A DNA stretch of 64,000 nt from Candidatus Thorarchaeota archaeon (GCA_003345545.1 PRDH01000026.1:1-64000); one strand, 5' to 3'. Shown: positions 10,161 through 19,563, counted from the stretch's first letter. A program made the numbers and translations. Notes: generated by a model not told the origin, from the letters alone.

Positions 10161-11582
10161 CTAGTATCTGTCAAGTCTGCCGGTAATCGACAACCAGAGG
10201 ACTGCGAAAGGAATTGCCACCAATGCATATCCAGGATCTCCAAATTGGATATCGGCCAGAAGAAAGGCGACCCTGATTATCAAGAATAGCAATAATCCCA
10301 TCGACATCCCGAGTGGTCTCATTCTTCCAGCGGTCCCAGCTTTTTTCATTCTCCTCCAGGCTCCTGCAAAGAGGAAGACTGGTACGAAGAAGACTAGCAT
10401 CGATGGAACTGCGAGATAGGCATAATCCATGAACGCTTGGCTGATTGGAGCTGGATATCGTTGAGTCATAAGCAACGCTGTTGGCACATAGAGGAGCAGG
10501 GGTAGTGACGCCAAGGTGCGGTATCCTGCTGCAAGAATTCCCACAGATGTGAAGACAGCCAGCGCAAAGGAAGTCGCGACGAAATCAAAGTATATCGACC
10601 ATATGTTTGGCAGAGCTTCAAAAGTACCTAGCAGACCAATCATCTGTCCTGCCGCCATAGCTGCGAAGATGACCATCAGCAATGCTGTGGGTAGCTGGCG
10701 AGTATCTCTCCACCTGCCGTAGGTGTATGAAGCTGTTCCAGTCGCTAAGGCCATAGCTATCGCTCCAAATACTGCTATAATGACAATAGAGAGATTAGAA
10801 ACGAGTTCTGCCGAAATGAGACTGGCAATGATGACAACCGGTCCTGCAAAGGTGGCACCGTAGCCCAAGAGTTCAACCGATATCTTTTGGTCGGGCCGCA
10901 AGAATGCGAATGCTATCATTGCCGGACCCATAAGTGCGAAGACAGTAATTGCGAAAATCAGCTCTATTGGCAGTATTGCATAGAGGCGTGGGACTGCCAG
11001 GACTTGCACAATCATTGCATATCCCAATGCCATGCTAGTGCTTCTTCTTGTATCATATGCTATCCATGAGAATAGAGCGGCATTTGCAGATAGAAGAATA
11101 ACACTCAATACGTTACCAAAATTGATGTAGAATTCCGCCACATTGCTTGTTCTCACGTCTTCGACGATCAGAATAGCATAGAAGACTAGAAGAAACGCAA
11201 TAAGAATCATAATGGCCATGAATACGGAGATCAAACGCTGTTTGAGAATCATCCCAGCTGCGATAGTAAGGAAGAACAACTCGACAAGAGTGAAGACGTA
11301 GAATATCGTGTAATCCCTCAGATAGGGATTGTGCAACCTGACGAAAGATTCACGAGCCCAAGGGAAATCCTCATTGTTGAGCACGAAGAATAAGAATGTA
11401 AGCAGAGCCCCAATTCCGAACACAAGTAGACCTATAGAGAAGAGATAGAGCGGTCTGAAGGCTGCCTTGATATCGGGGTCAGGGGACGCTGCCGATCGCT
11501 TGCGGCTGTAATTGATAATAGTTCCAGCGGCCACCAGCGTCGCAAGTCCAAGAAACACATATGCTATCTCGTATACTTCCAT
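10161..11582 (-). CDS. ~15-TM membrane protein, unknown function (possible duplicated 7TM unit)
   Basis: 473 aa almost entirely hydrophobic helices; GGAGGA RBS; starts 12 bp after the longin-like gene. Confidence 0.75.
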   Translation of the reverse strand: MEVYEIAYVFLGLATLVAAGTIINYSRKRSAASPDPDIKAAFRPLYLFSIGLLVFGIGALLTFLFFVLNNEDFPWARESFVRLHNPYLRDYTIFYVFTLVELFFLTIAAGMILKQRLISVFMAIMILIAFLLVFYAILIVEDVRTSNVAEFYINFGNVLSVILLSANAALFSWIAYDTRRSTSMALGYAMIVQVLAVPRLYAILPIELIFAITVFALMGPAMIAFAFLRPDQKISVELLGYGATFAGPVVIIASLISAELVSNLSIVIIAVFGAIAMALATGTASYTYGRWRDTRQLPTALLMVIFAAMAAGQMIGLLGTFEALPNIWSIYFDFVATSFALAVFTSVGILAAGYRTLASLPLLLYVPTALLMTQRYPAPISQAFMDYAYLAVPSMLVFFVPVFLFAGAWRRMKKAGTAGRMRPLGMSMGLLLFLIIRVAFLLADIQFGDPGYALVAIPFAVLWLSITGRLDRY

Positions 11583-11594
11583 TAACTTGTCCTC

Positions 11595-12029
11595 CTAGAA
11601 CACCTTCTTTCCCCACTCTTTTGCTGCGGTACCTGCTCCGCTTGTCCATTCCCGTACGCCGCGACGCACTTTCTCTTCTTCCTCAGGAGTAGTTTCACCA
11701 GATATCATCTCATTGACCAAGATGAGAACACCGTCATCTATCTCGTCGCCGCGATCTGTGATGAATTTGATGACCTCTTGATTGTGAGCATTGGCTTCCT
11801 TGTCATCGACCGAGTGCAGTGTCACAATATAGTTGTTTCCAGCTTTCCCGATAAGCAGCTTGAGTTCGCCAAAAAGGAGTTCGTTCATCTCGTTTCCGGA
11901 GATCTTCTTGATGAACATCTGTAGTGCTGAAACAAATCCACCAATAAGCGCTGTATCGCCTTCCAAGTTCTCCCATCCTACGGAAGCGATTGTTTCACCC
12001 GCATCATTGATGACGAAGATTCCATACAT
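11595..12029 (-). CDS. longin/roadblock-like domain protein
   Basis: beta-beta-alpha pattern GIFVINDAGETI...LIGGFVSALQMFIKKI followed by three beta strands, typical of Asgard longin-like proteins. Confidence 0.7.
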   Translation of the reverse strand: MYGIFVINDAGETIASVGWENLEGDTALIGGFVSALQMFIKKISGNEMNELLFGELKLLIGKAGNNYIVTLHSVDDKEANAHNQEVIKFITDRGDEIDDGVLILVNEMISGETTPEEEEKVRRGVREWTSGAGTAAKEWGKKVF

Positions 12030-12141
12030 CGTGTTAAGTCCCCGTTACCATATGCTGTCCACGTCTGCGCCGTTGAGCTTCGTGTTCAAGTCCCAGCGCA
12101 ACACCAGACTTCCATTCGTAAGCAAACTGATGCCCACGTAG

Positions 12142-12153
12142 TGGCATATGCCA
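12142..12153. promoter_or_regulatory. perfect 12-bp palindrome TGGCATATGCCA upstream of the longin gene
   Basis: Read directly in the 165-bp intergenic gap; function inferred. Confidence 0.35.
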
Positions 12154-12194
12154 TTTGTTTTCTAATGCCTCTTGAACCGCGTAGCATCTCACGA

Positions 12195-12455
12195 CTAGAA
12201 TGACTCGAACCAGCCTTTTGTCTTCTCGACTGCGTCTTTTTCTTCTTCTGTTGCAATAGCTGAAACTTCAACATCTCGAACTTGAAAGTTCGCATCAACA
12301 AAGACAACTAGAGGATGGCCTTTTCCACACTTGGCTTGTACGATGGTTGGATACCGCTTCGCTCGAGTGATAGTCAATTCATCGACTTCCACGTAGACCA
12401 GTTTACCTTCTCCACACGAGGGGCAAGCAAACGGTCTGAGTTTCACTTTCGCCAA
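12195..12455 (-). CDS. small zinc-ribbon protein (CxxC...CxxxH)
   Basis: CPSC...CGKGH..VFVDANFQVRD; TTG start after GGAG. Confidence 0.7.
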   Translation of the reverse strand: MAKVKLRPFACPSCGEGKLVYVEVDELTITRAKRYPTIVQAKCGKGHPLVVFVDANFQVRDVEVSAIATEEEKDAVEKTKGWFESF

Positions 12456-12551
12456 GCCTAGGTCTCCGTCTTGCGATTTGCTTGTGGTCCTTGATTAACA
12501 GATACTAGGCAATATTTAATGATACTGCGTACAAATCGATTCAGAAGTGAC

Positions 12552-13112
12552 TCAGTGTTGGGCTCCAGAGCTAGTCCTTGCGCTTTGCTCCGAGAGGAAT
12601 TTGCCTGCTGCCTCGAACATCTCGCGGACACCCTCCCCTGTCTTCGCAGATACTTCGAAGACTTGAGCATGGTATTGATCCGCGAATCTCTGAGCCTCCT
12701 CCTTTGTCACACCCATCCCTGGAAGACGTTCATCGATCTTGTTGCCTACAAGAAAGACATCGCAGTTGGGGACGCTGTTGTGAAGCTTCGCAATCCAATT
12801 GTCCAGCCTGTACATGGTGAACGACCTGCTGACCTCGTAGACTGCAATTCCTAGTTTTGACCCCCTGAAGTAGTCCATGACGACATCCTGGAATCTAGGT
12901 TGTCCGCCCAAGTCCCAAATCAGGAGGGTCAAGTCAGTACCTGCGACATTGACTCTCTTGGTGGCAAAGTTCACACCAATCGTCATTTTCATCTGCTGGT
13001 CGAATCGATCTTCAGTGTAACGCACAGCCAGACTTGTCTTTCCGACGCCCCCTTCTCCAATCAATGCCACCTTAAAGATTGGATTGCGTGTAATCAAGTC
13101 CTGCAGCTCCAA
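12552..13112 (-). CDS. Rab-like small GTPase
   Basis: GEGGVGKT, TIGVNF, WDLGGQ, YFRGS, NKID, SAK; start uncertain (TTG 13112 or 13097; frame open to 13169). Confidence 0.9.
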   Translation of the reverse strand: MELQDLITRNPIFKVALIGEGGVGKTSLAVRYTEDRFDQQMKMTIGVNFATKRVNVAGTDLTLLIWDLGGQPRFQDVVMDYFRGSKLGIAVYEVSRSFTMYRLDNWIAKLHNSVPNCDVFLVGNKIDERLPGMGVTKEEAQRFADQYHAQVFEVSAKTGEGVREMFEAAGKFLSEQSARTSSGAQH

Positions 13113-13165
13113 TTTGAAAGGCGTGAACCAGCATATGAAGGTTGTTCGGAGGGAGGCAGTGTATT

Positions 13166-14071
13166 TCACGAAACGTACAATGTTCCTTCCGCTACCAGCC
13201 TGACTTTGCCCGAAACAAGAACCTCCTCCATGTCTTCATGGGGTACCGTTACCGTCAGTCTGCTGGGTTTCCTGACCTCATAGCCCTGCTCAATCTGGAT
13301 AGGTTCCCCGAAGGTATGTTTCTTTAGAACACTATATCTCTCCAGGTATGCTCCCAGTGGTCCTGCAGCACTTCCTGTCGCTGGATCTTCAAGAACGCCG
13401 ACATCAGGTGCGAACATTCTGGCGTGTACATCGTTATTCGGATGTACGGTTTCAGTTGAGAATATGAGAATCTCCGAGGTGGACAGGTCCTTCAGGTTGT
13501 CCATTATCAGCTGGGCACTTGGCGTTGCTCTTTGTACGGCCGAGAGATTCCTTAATGGAACGATGACATACGGAAATCCGGTCGAAACAACCTGTATTGG
13601 GAATGCATCGGAAATATCTTCAGAATTGAGTCCTAGAGCATATGTAAAAGGTGACGTGTCCTTCACCCTTTCTGAGAATGTTGGCGAAGGTTGGGTCATC
13701 CTGACATGATTGTCTGGCTGAAAGTCAACACGAATCGGACCGATCCCGAGCTGCACGACTGCGCTGTTCTGCGAGGCAGCCACAATTCCTTTGTGTTTCA
13801 TTACAAAAGAAGATCCCAAAGTTGGATGCCCTGCGAATTCAAGTTCTCTGCCCGGAGTGAAGATCCGGATCCTTGAATCGCACCCCTTGACTGTCGGTTC
13901 CTCTAGGAATGTGGTTTCCGAGAAATTGAGCTCGAGCGCAATCCCCTGCATCGTTTCACGAGTTAGTCGCTTGTTGAGAATAGTATCCCAGAATGTGGCC
14001 AGTTGATTCCCACCAAAGGGATACTTATCATCCACGAACACACTTGTCTGAACATAGGGCGTTTTTTGCAT
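13166..14071 (-). CDS. PhzF-family isomerase/epimerase
   Basis: GGNQLA, SETTF, RIFTPGRELEFAGHPT, EDPATGSA, EQG. Confidence 0.9.
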   Translation of the reverse strand: MQKTPYVQTSVFVDDKYPFGGNQLATFWDTILNKRLTRETMQGIALELNFSETTFLEEPTVKGCDSRIRIFTPGRELEFAGHPTLGSSFVMKHKGIVAASQNSAVVQLGIGPIRVDFQPDNHVRMTQPSPTFSERVKDTSPFTYALGLNSEDISDAFPIQVVSTGFPYVIVPLRNLSAVQRATPSAQLIMDNLKDLSTSEILIFSTETVHPNNDVHARMFAPDVGVLEDPATGSAAGPLGAYLERYSVLKKHTFGEPIQIEQGYEVRKPSRLTVTVPHEDMEEVLVSGKVRLVAEGTLYVS

Positions 14072-14125
14072 GATGGATTTGGCACAAGACGGCCTTATGA
14101 AAACTTCGCAATGTAGTTCTCACGT

Positions 14126-14590
14126 CTAGTTGCATTTGATCTTATCAAGCTCAGCTTGGCAAATCTTGCGGTCCTCTTCATTCTTTACTGCATCTGTGGC
14201 TTTCTGTGTGAGGGCTCGGTACTTCTTGCACTTTGATTTCTCTCCATTTGCCGCATATGCCCGTGTCATTACTTCGTATGCAAACGCTAGATCGAAGTCA
14301 CCAATGCCTATCTCCTCAGTGAGCCTGAGACATCTCTGAGCGTGATAGAGCGCTGGTTCTGCCCATGAGAAAGCACTGTAGACGCGTGAAACCATATACT
14401 CTGCTCGCGCAATATTTATTGGCTGACCCACCTTGCTCCAATGATAGAGAGATGTGTGCGCCATATGAAGCGCCTCTTCGAGCTCGTCCTTTGTAGGCTC
14501 TGCTTTGTCGAGAATGGGCCAAATGCTATTATTCGTCAAGACAGCAATTCTATTATGGAACTCTTCAATTGTCATCTTTTCTTCTGACAA
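14126..14590 (-). CDS. conserved alpha-helical (TPR-like) hypothetical protein
   Basis: AHTSLYHW...RAEYMVSRVY...FDLAFAYE; TTG 14590 follows GGAGGAG RBS (ATG 14575 is an alternative). Confidence 0.65.
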   Translation of the reverse strand: MSEEKMTIEEFHNRIAVLTNNSIWPILDKAEPTKDELEEALHMAHTSLYHWSKVGQPINIARAEYMVSRVYSAFSWAEPALYHAQRCLRLTEEIGIGDFDLAFAYEVMTRAYAANGEKSKCKKYRALTQKATDAVKNEEDRKICQAELDKIKCN

Positions 14591-14744
14591 CTTATGCTCC
14601 TCCTGGGTCCTTGTTGTCCCGAAAGAAATATATTTAACTATCGTTATGTACCAAATATCATTGTTGTGGGATTCTCTGCTGGTACAAAGCGATTTAAGGG
14701 GCTCGTGCTTACAGGGATTCCAGACAGGTTGGAGAGTTGAACGT

Positions 14745-15818
14745 ATGAAGTCCAATAATGAAGATGATGCTCCTTCAGCTGAGCCATCAAAAGATGCTGA
14801 GAAGGAGCCATTTGATCTCGAAGACGAGATAAAGAAGAAATCAGGGAAGAAACATGGCCACAAAAAGCCTACACTTAAGGCCTACGCGTCTATGGTCAGC
14901 TTCATTGTGTGGATGGCATTCCTCATTCTGTGGCTGTTCTTTTTCGCTGGCAATTACGGCATCTTTGAGAATATTGCAGTCGTAATTGTGGCCTTACTGG
15001 TTGTCGTTGCTCTGAATGCACTTCTCTGGATTCCATCAGATCGAGAGGGCATCAAGGCAAAGACTAGTGCAGTCGGAGCACTAATCTGGCTAGTGTTTCT
15101 CGCCATATGGATTATCTTCTTCTCTGCTGGTTTTGGTATCTATGAGAACATTGGCATTGCTCTTGCATCGCTTCTGATCGTAGGAGCTTTCAATGTACTG
15201 CTATGGGTCCCAGGCCATGGCGACGCTTGGGGCGCCCGTGTGAGCGCGATTGGAGGCATTGGGTGGCTTACGTTCATAGTTCTGTTCATCCCCTTTGCGA
15301 ACGACCTCGGACTTGACGCATACCATGCTGTTGCAGTAATCCTGACATCCTTCCTTTTGATGGTAGGAGTAGTTGCTTTGCCATGGCGCAAAGAAATGAG
15401 AATTGAGGTTGACGCAGGAGAAGGTGCTGAAAAGAGAGTAAAGCTCTCAATCGTCGGATTCATTCTTTGGGTTGTGTTCATCATCATCTGGATGTGGTTC
15501 TTTGCTGGGATGTTCTCAGGAAACCAGAATGTTGGAACAATCCTTCTCTCTTTCGTGATCTTCGGATTGGCCGCTCTAGGTCTGTGGCTTCCATGGGCAC
15601 GCGTGAGAGGAGAAGGCCCAGAGAGCTGGTTCTCGATTAGCATAGGTTTCGCATGGCTAGTCGTCCTGACGCTCTGGTTCTGGTTCTTCGCTGACAGCTT
15701 CAACGCCTATCAGAATTTTGCAGTGTTCTTGATTTCTCTCTTGATTGTTGCTGCAATTGCTGGTGCTGCTCAGTGGAAGAAGCTGCAGGATTTTGAAGTT
15801 CTGGACTGGAAAGACTAG
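14745..15818 (+). CDS. 10-TM membrane protein made of five tandem helical-hairpin repeats
   Basis: Repeated W..FFA......(E/Q)N......LL......W unit; start re-called at ATG 14745. Confidence 0.75.
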   Translation: MKSNNEDDAPSAEPSKDAEKEPFDLEDEIKKKSGKKHGHKKPTLKAYASMVSFIVWMAFLILWLFFFAGNYGIFENIAVVIVALLVVVALNALLWIPSDREGIKAKTSAVGALIWLVFLAIWIIFFSAGFGIYENIGIALASLLIVGAFNVLLWVPGHGDAWGARVSAIGGIGWLTFIVLFIPFANDLGLDAYHAVAVILTSFLLMVGVVALPWRKEMRIEVDAGEGAEKRVKLSIVGFILWVVFIIIWMWFFAGMFSGNQNVGTILLSFVIFGLAALGLWLPWARVRGEGPESWFSISIGFAWLVVLTLWFWFFADSFNAYQNFAVFLISLLIVAAIAGAAQWKKLQDFEVLDWKD

Positions 15819-15828
15819 ATTCAAGGAG

Positions 15829-15854
15829 TGATGGTAGATACGGGACTACCATCA
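15829..15854. terminator. hairpin between convergent genes
   Basis: TGATGGTAG-N8-CTACCATCA perfect 9-bp inverted repeat followed by a pyrimidine run. Confidence 0.55.
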
Positions 15855-15869
15855 TCTCTCCCTTTTCCT

Positions 15870-16634
15870 CTAGAATGCCAGCCAGCCGCCATCGACTGCT
15901 AGGACATGTCCCGTGATGTACTTCGCGTCTTCACTAGCCAGGAAGCACGCAGCACCACGTATCCATTCATTCTTTGCAAGCATTGGAAGTGCTGTTCTTG
16001 GCTCTATTAGCCTCTTTCTTATTGCATCATCCTCGATTGCACCCTTCGACATGGCAGTAGGGAAGAAACCTGGCGCAATGGCATTCACTCGAATGTTCTT
16101 CTTTCCAAGCTCGACCGCTAGCGCCTTCGTCATGGATACTAGCCCTCCCTTGGAGGTGTAGTAGCTTAATTCGGTGAATTCGGTGCCTCCGTATGCGAAA
16201 GTCGATGAGATGTTGATGATCGAACCGGCCTTCTTTGGAATCATCACTTTTGCAGCCTCTCTGCTTGCGAGAAACGCTGACGTGAGATTGACATTCATAA
16301 CCAAGTTCCAGTCAGCAAGGGTCTGCTCAACGAGTGGCTTAACGATATACATCCCTGCGTTGTTCACCAGTATGTCTATAGTGCCGAGTTCTTTCACAGT
16401 CCTCTCAATCAGGCGTATGATATCCGCCTCTTTTGTCACATCTATCTTGAGTGGGACTGTCTTAACTCCGTACTTATGCGAGACCTCGTCAGCGATTTTC
16501 GTTAGAAGGTCCATACGTCTTGCAGCAAGAACGACGTGGGCCCCTGATTCCGCGAATCCATTAACGAACTGCTCTCCAAGGCCTGCGGATGCACCAGTAA
16601 TAATCGCGACTTTTCCGTCAAGATTGTATTTCAT
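15870..16634 (-). CDS. short-chain dehydrogenase/reductase (classical SDR)
   Basis: TGASAGLG, NNAG, YYTSK, APGFF, DGG. Confidence 0.92.
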   Translation of the reverse strand: MKYNLDGKVAIITGASAGLGEQFVNGFAESGAHVVLAARRMDLLTKIADEVSHKYGVKTVPLKIDVTKEADIIRLIERTVKELGTIDILVNNAGMYIVKPLVEQTLADWNLVMNVNLTSAFLASREAAKVMIPKKAGSIINISSTFAYGGTEFTELSYYTSKGGLVSMTKALAVELGKKNIRVNAIAPGFFPTAMSKGAIEDDAIRKRLIEPRTALPMLAKNEWIRGAACFLASEDAKYITGHVLAVDGGWLAF

Positions 16635-16720
16635 TGTTATCCTCTCCGAATTGACCAAAATGCAACTCTAATTGCAGAACCCCCTAATAAAAACAGGCAC
16701 CTGAACAAAATCGTGCTTAT

Positions 16721-17173
16721 TCAGTCTTCGATGATTCTGGTGTAGTAGTTTTCGGAGCGTATGAAGCCCTCTCTCTCGTAGATGCCCTTGCTCATCTTTG
16801 TGTCATGAAGTGTCATTTTTTCGATTCCTCTCTCTCGACAGATTTGAGTAATATGCCTAACAAGAGAAGTAGCGACGCCTCTTCCACGATATTCTGGTTC
16901 AACAAACATGTTGAAGAGATAGACAAACTTGCCGCTTGGATTCTTTGCAGATGGAAATGCGATGCAGAAGCTCACTGCGCACCCACCTATGACTCTGTCA
17001 TCTTCAACTGCCAGATAAGACTCGACGCTTGGATTCCATGGTTCCATAAGAAACCTTTGTGTGGCCTCTCTCGTTGCTGACACCTGATTCTCAGAAAGCC
17101 CCATCGACTTCACCATCTCGACGCGATGATGAAGAATTACCTGAATGTCATCTGGGGCGGCTCTTCTAATCAT
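16721..17173 (-). CDS. GNAT acetyltransferase
   Basis: MFVEPEYRGRGVA, IYEREGF; start re-called at MIRRA. Confidence 0.85.
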   Translation of the reverse strand: MIRRAAPDDIQVILHHRVEMVKSMGLSENQVSATREATQRFLMEPWNPSVESYLAVEDDRVIGGCAVSFCIAFPSAKNPSGKFVYLFNMFVEPEYRGRGVATSLVRHITQICRERGIEKMTLHDTKMSKGIYEREGFIRSENYYTRIIED

Positions 17174-17246
17174 GACCAAGGCTACTTCACTCGAGATTGA
17201 CACACCATAGCCGGGATTTGTCTGTTCTGAAATCAGCATGAACTTA

Positions 17247-18239
17247 TCATTCAGGGCCAGGCAAATTGCAGGGTTCCACGGGCTCCAATGTGCTGGTCGC
17301 CCTGCGCAGTTGGTAGAGCCTTAGAAGACCGACTGGAACAACTACGACTAGCCAGATAATCACATCACCCAGAGTTGACAAAAGACCTCTATTGCCCGTG
17401 GGCTCCAACCACATTTGTCCCAGCTTCATCATTGTAATAAGAGGAAGGACCAAGAGCACCCCAAAGATTTGCTTCAATTGAACGGCATTGACGCGACAAG
17501 AAAGTCTGGATCCGATTTGACCCCCAACAAGCATTCCAATGCCTAGTGCAATTGCGAAGTAGATATTCACATCTCCGACATAGAAGTTGAGTGCAGTGCC
17601 TGCTGTTGTTGTGAATATCATGATGAACATTGAAGTGGCGACTGCTGCGTGCATGGGCACACCCATGAACATGCAAAGCACAGGGACCAGAATCGCCCCT
17701 CCACCTAGCCCAAGCAGGCCTGCGGCAACGCCTCCGATGAAAGCTCCAAACAACGAGATAATCCATCGCCTTGTCGTTATCTGGGAGATGTTCCAGCTTG
17801 ACAATTCGGAGGTCAAGTCTCCTTTTCCCTGTTTCTTGGCAAAGAGCATTTTCAGTGCTAGTGGCATAAGTGAGAGTCCGAAAATGATTCTCAGTGCATA
17901 TGGCGCTGCTATCAATGTTCTAAGTATGACACCGCCAAGAGAGCCTGGGACTGTTAATATAGCAAGGATTACTCCAGCCTGAAGAAGCACGGGCCTTGGA
18001 CTCTGCCGCCAATATGTGATTGTAGCAGCTAGTGATACGAATAGCGCTCCAACAAGTGCTGTTGCTGGTGCTGATTGCTCGTCGAAGAACTCAAAGAAGA
18101 CAATAAGCAGCAAGGGTGTGTTCAGGACCCCTCCGCCTATTCCAATCATGGACGACAGTGTTCCCACACCTATGGCAAATACCGCCACGAACACAATGTA
18201 GAGCGAAATGATCTCCTGCAACAGAGCACCTTCTATCAA
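17247..18239 (-). CDS. TauE/SafE (TSUP) sulfite-exporter family
   Basis: Two GIGGG/GLGGG motifs, AVATS. Confidence 0.88.
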   Translation of the reverse strand: MIEGALLQEIISLYIVFVAVFAIGVGTLSSMIGIGGGVLNTPLLLIVFFEFFDEQSAPATALVGALFVSLAATITYWRQSPRPVLLQAGVILAILTVPGSLGGVILRTLIAAPYALRIIFGLSLMPLALKMLFAKKQGKGDLTSELSSWNISQITTRRWIISLFGAFIGGVAAGLLGLGGGAILVPVLCMFMGVPMHAAVATSMFIMIFTTTAGTALNFYVGDVNIYFAIALGIGMLVGGQIGSRLSCRVNAVQLKQIFGVLLVLPLITMMKLGQMWLEPTGNRGLLSTLGDVIIWLVVVVPVGLLRLYQLRRATSTLEPVEPCNLPGPE

Positions 18240-18296
18240 TGACGAGCGCCACTGTCCCCTACTTAAGGAGTTAGTTGAGGCTGAGTTCTACTCTGT

Positions 18297-18728
18297 TTAG
18301 CTCGGCGAGCCTCTTCGGGCGATGAAATAGAGACCGAGTAAGAGCAGAACCAGTCCAATGAGTATGAGGAGCACTGCGAAGTTCTGTTCCACTAAATCAG
18401 TGGCGAGAATAGTGACTATCCCCCCAGAAGCAAGAATCAGAAGACCGACAATGGCTGTCACCTTTCCGGGCTTCGTATTGTAAGATAGAAACGCTGGTAG
18501 CTTCTCTTCCCTGGGAATGACTCGTGCATCAGAAACCTTTACACTACTCTTGAAGAACCGCGAGCCATCTTCTGTTAACGTGCCCTTTAGCCTCCCCTTA
18601 CTCATGAGTTCGTTTATCATATCAACTACATCGTCTGTTTTCAGGCCAGTCCTCTCACTCAGGATCACAATTGCGCTGATGTTCTCCTGCAGAATGAGCA
18701 TTGTGAGCAGTTCACTCTTGTCTTCCAT
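18297..18728 (-). CDS. winged-helix (PCI-like) domain with two C-terminal TM helices
   Basis: LSERTGL..DDVVDMINELMSKGRLKGTL pattern plus two hydrophobic helices. Confidence 0.55.
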   Translation of the reverse strand: MEDKSELLTMLILQENISAIVILSERTGLKTDDVVDMINELMSKGRLKGTLTEDGSRFFKSSVKVSDARVIPREEKLPAFLSYNTKPGKVTAIVGLLILASGGIVTILATDLVEQNFAVLLILIGLVLLLLGLYFIARRGSPS

Positions 18729-18893
18729 TGTAATTCCCCAGTTGCATGCTGAATTCGATGCAGCCCAAACTATTCTCTACTCCGAGGATATCCCCTTTGC
18801 AGGTCAATATCTATCTTTCTCTATAAGTAGGCCTTGGCCTACTAGAACCGCACACTTTATACATCGCTTTGCTGGCCTCGCCATCGATTCGAA

Positions 18894-19553
18894 ATGACAT
18901 TGAGCGACAACATCGAAGTAGCAGCTCCCAAGAAGTGGATGGATGCATGGGATAAGATCTACAGTCAGATGCTCTCTGCAACTGATGAAGAACTCGCCCG
19001 CATCGACGTTGGACATCGAACCCAGCAATTGGAACATGCACTTGCAATAACCGGAACAAACACCAATGGTCTCAAGATTCTTGAGCTTGGTAGTGGAGAA
19101 GGAAATGTCGCATGCTATCTAGCCAGGCTCGGATGCCGCATTGTTGCAGTTGACGCTCTTGCTAGTGCGATAGCTGTTGCTCAGAGGAAGGCCAGGATAC
19201 TCAACTTGAGTGAGCGTGTTGAGTTTCGTTTGGATGATATTGATGGGTGGCCCATAGAACGCGAGTCATATGATGTCGTTATAGCAATACAGTGTCTCCA
19301 GTACCTCTTCGACCGCACGGTTCCTCGAATGAGAGAGGCAATGGCGGCAGTAAAACCTGGCGGATTCTTTGTCTATAGTGGCAATGTCCTACCTCATTAC
19401 GCTACGGATCCGCCAATCCGATTTGTGACGGCGAATGAACTCCGGAAAGAACTGAAAGGATGGACACTTCATGCATTTGGTACTGAAGAGCGAATTATCA
19501 AGCCGAATGACCTTAGAGGCTACGTCTGGGCAGTTGCTAGAAAGCCAATATAA
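18894..19553 (+). CDS. class I SAM-dependent methyltransferase
   Basis: ILELGSGEG, AVD, YDVV, VKPGG. Confidence 0.88.
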   Translation: MTLSDNIEVAAPKKWMDAWDKIYSQMLSATDEELARIDVGHRTQQLEHALAITGTNTNGLKILELGSGEGNVACYLARLGCRIVAVDALASAIAVAQRKARILNLSERVEFRLDDIDGWPIERESYDVVIAIQCLQYLFDRTVPRMREAMAAVKPGGFFVYSGNVLPHYATDPPIRFVTANELRKELKGWTLHAFGTEERIIKPNDLRGYVWAVARKPI

Positions 19554-19563
19554 GAAGTCATAG

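Noticed and set aside
14505-14863. Apparent head-to-head overlap of two long ORFs
   Set aside because: Disappears once starts are placed at 14590 (-) and 14745 (+), leaving a normal divergent promoter gap.
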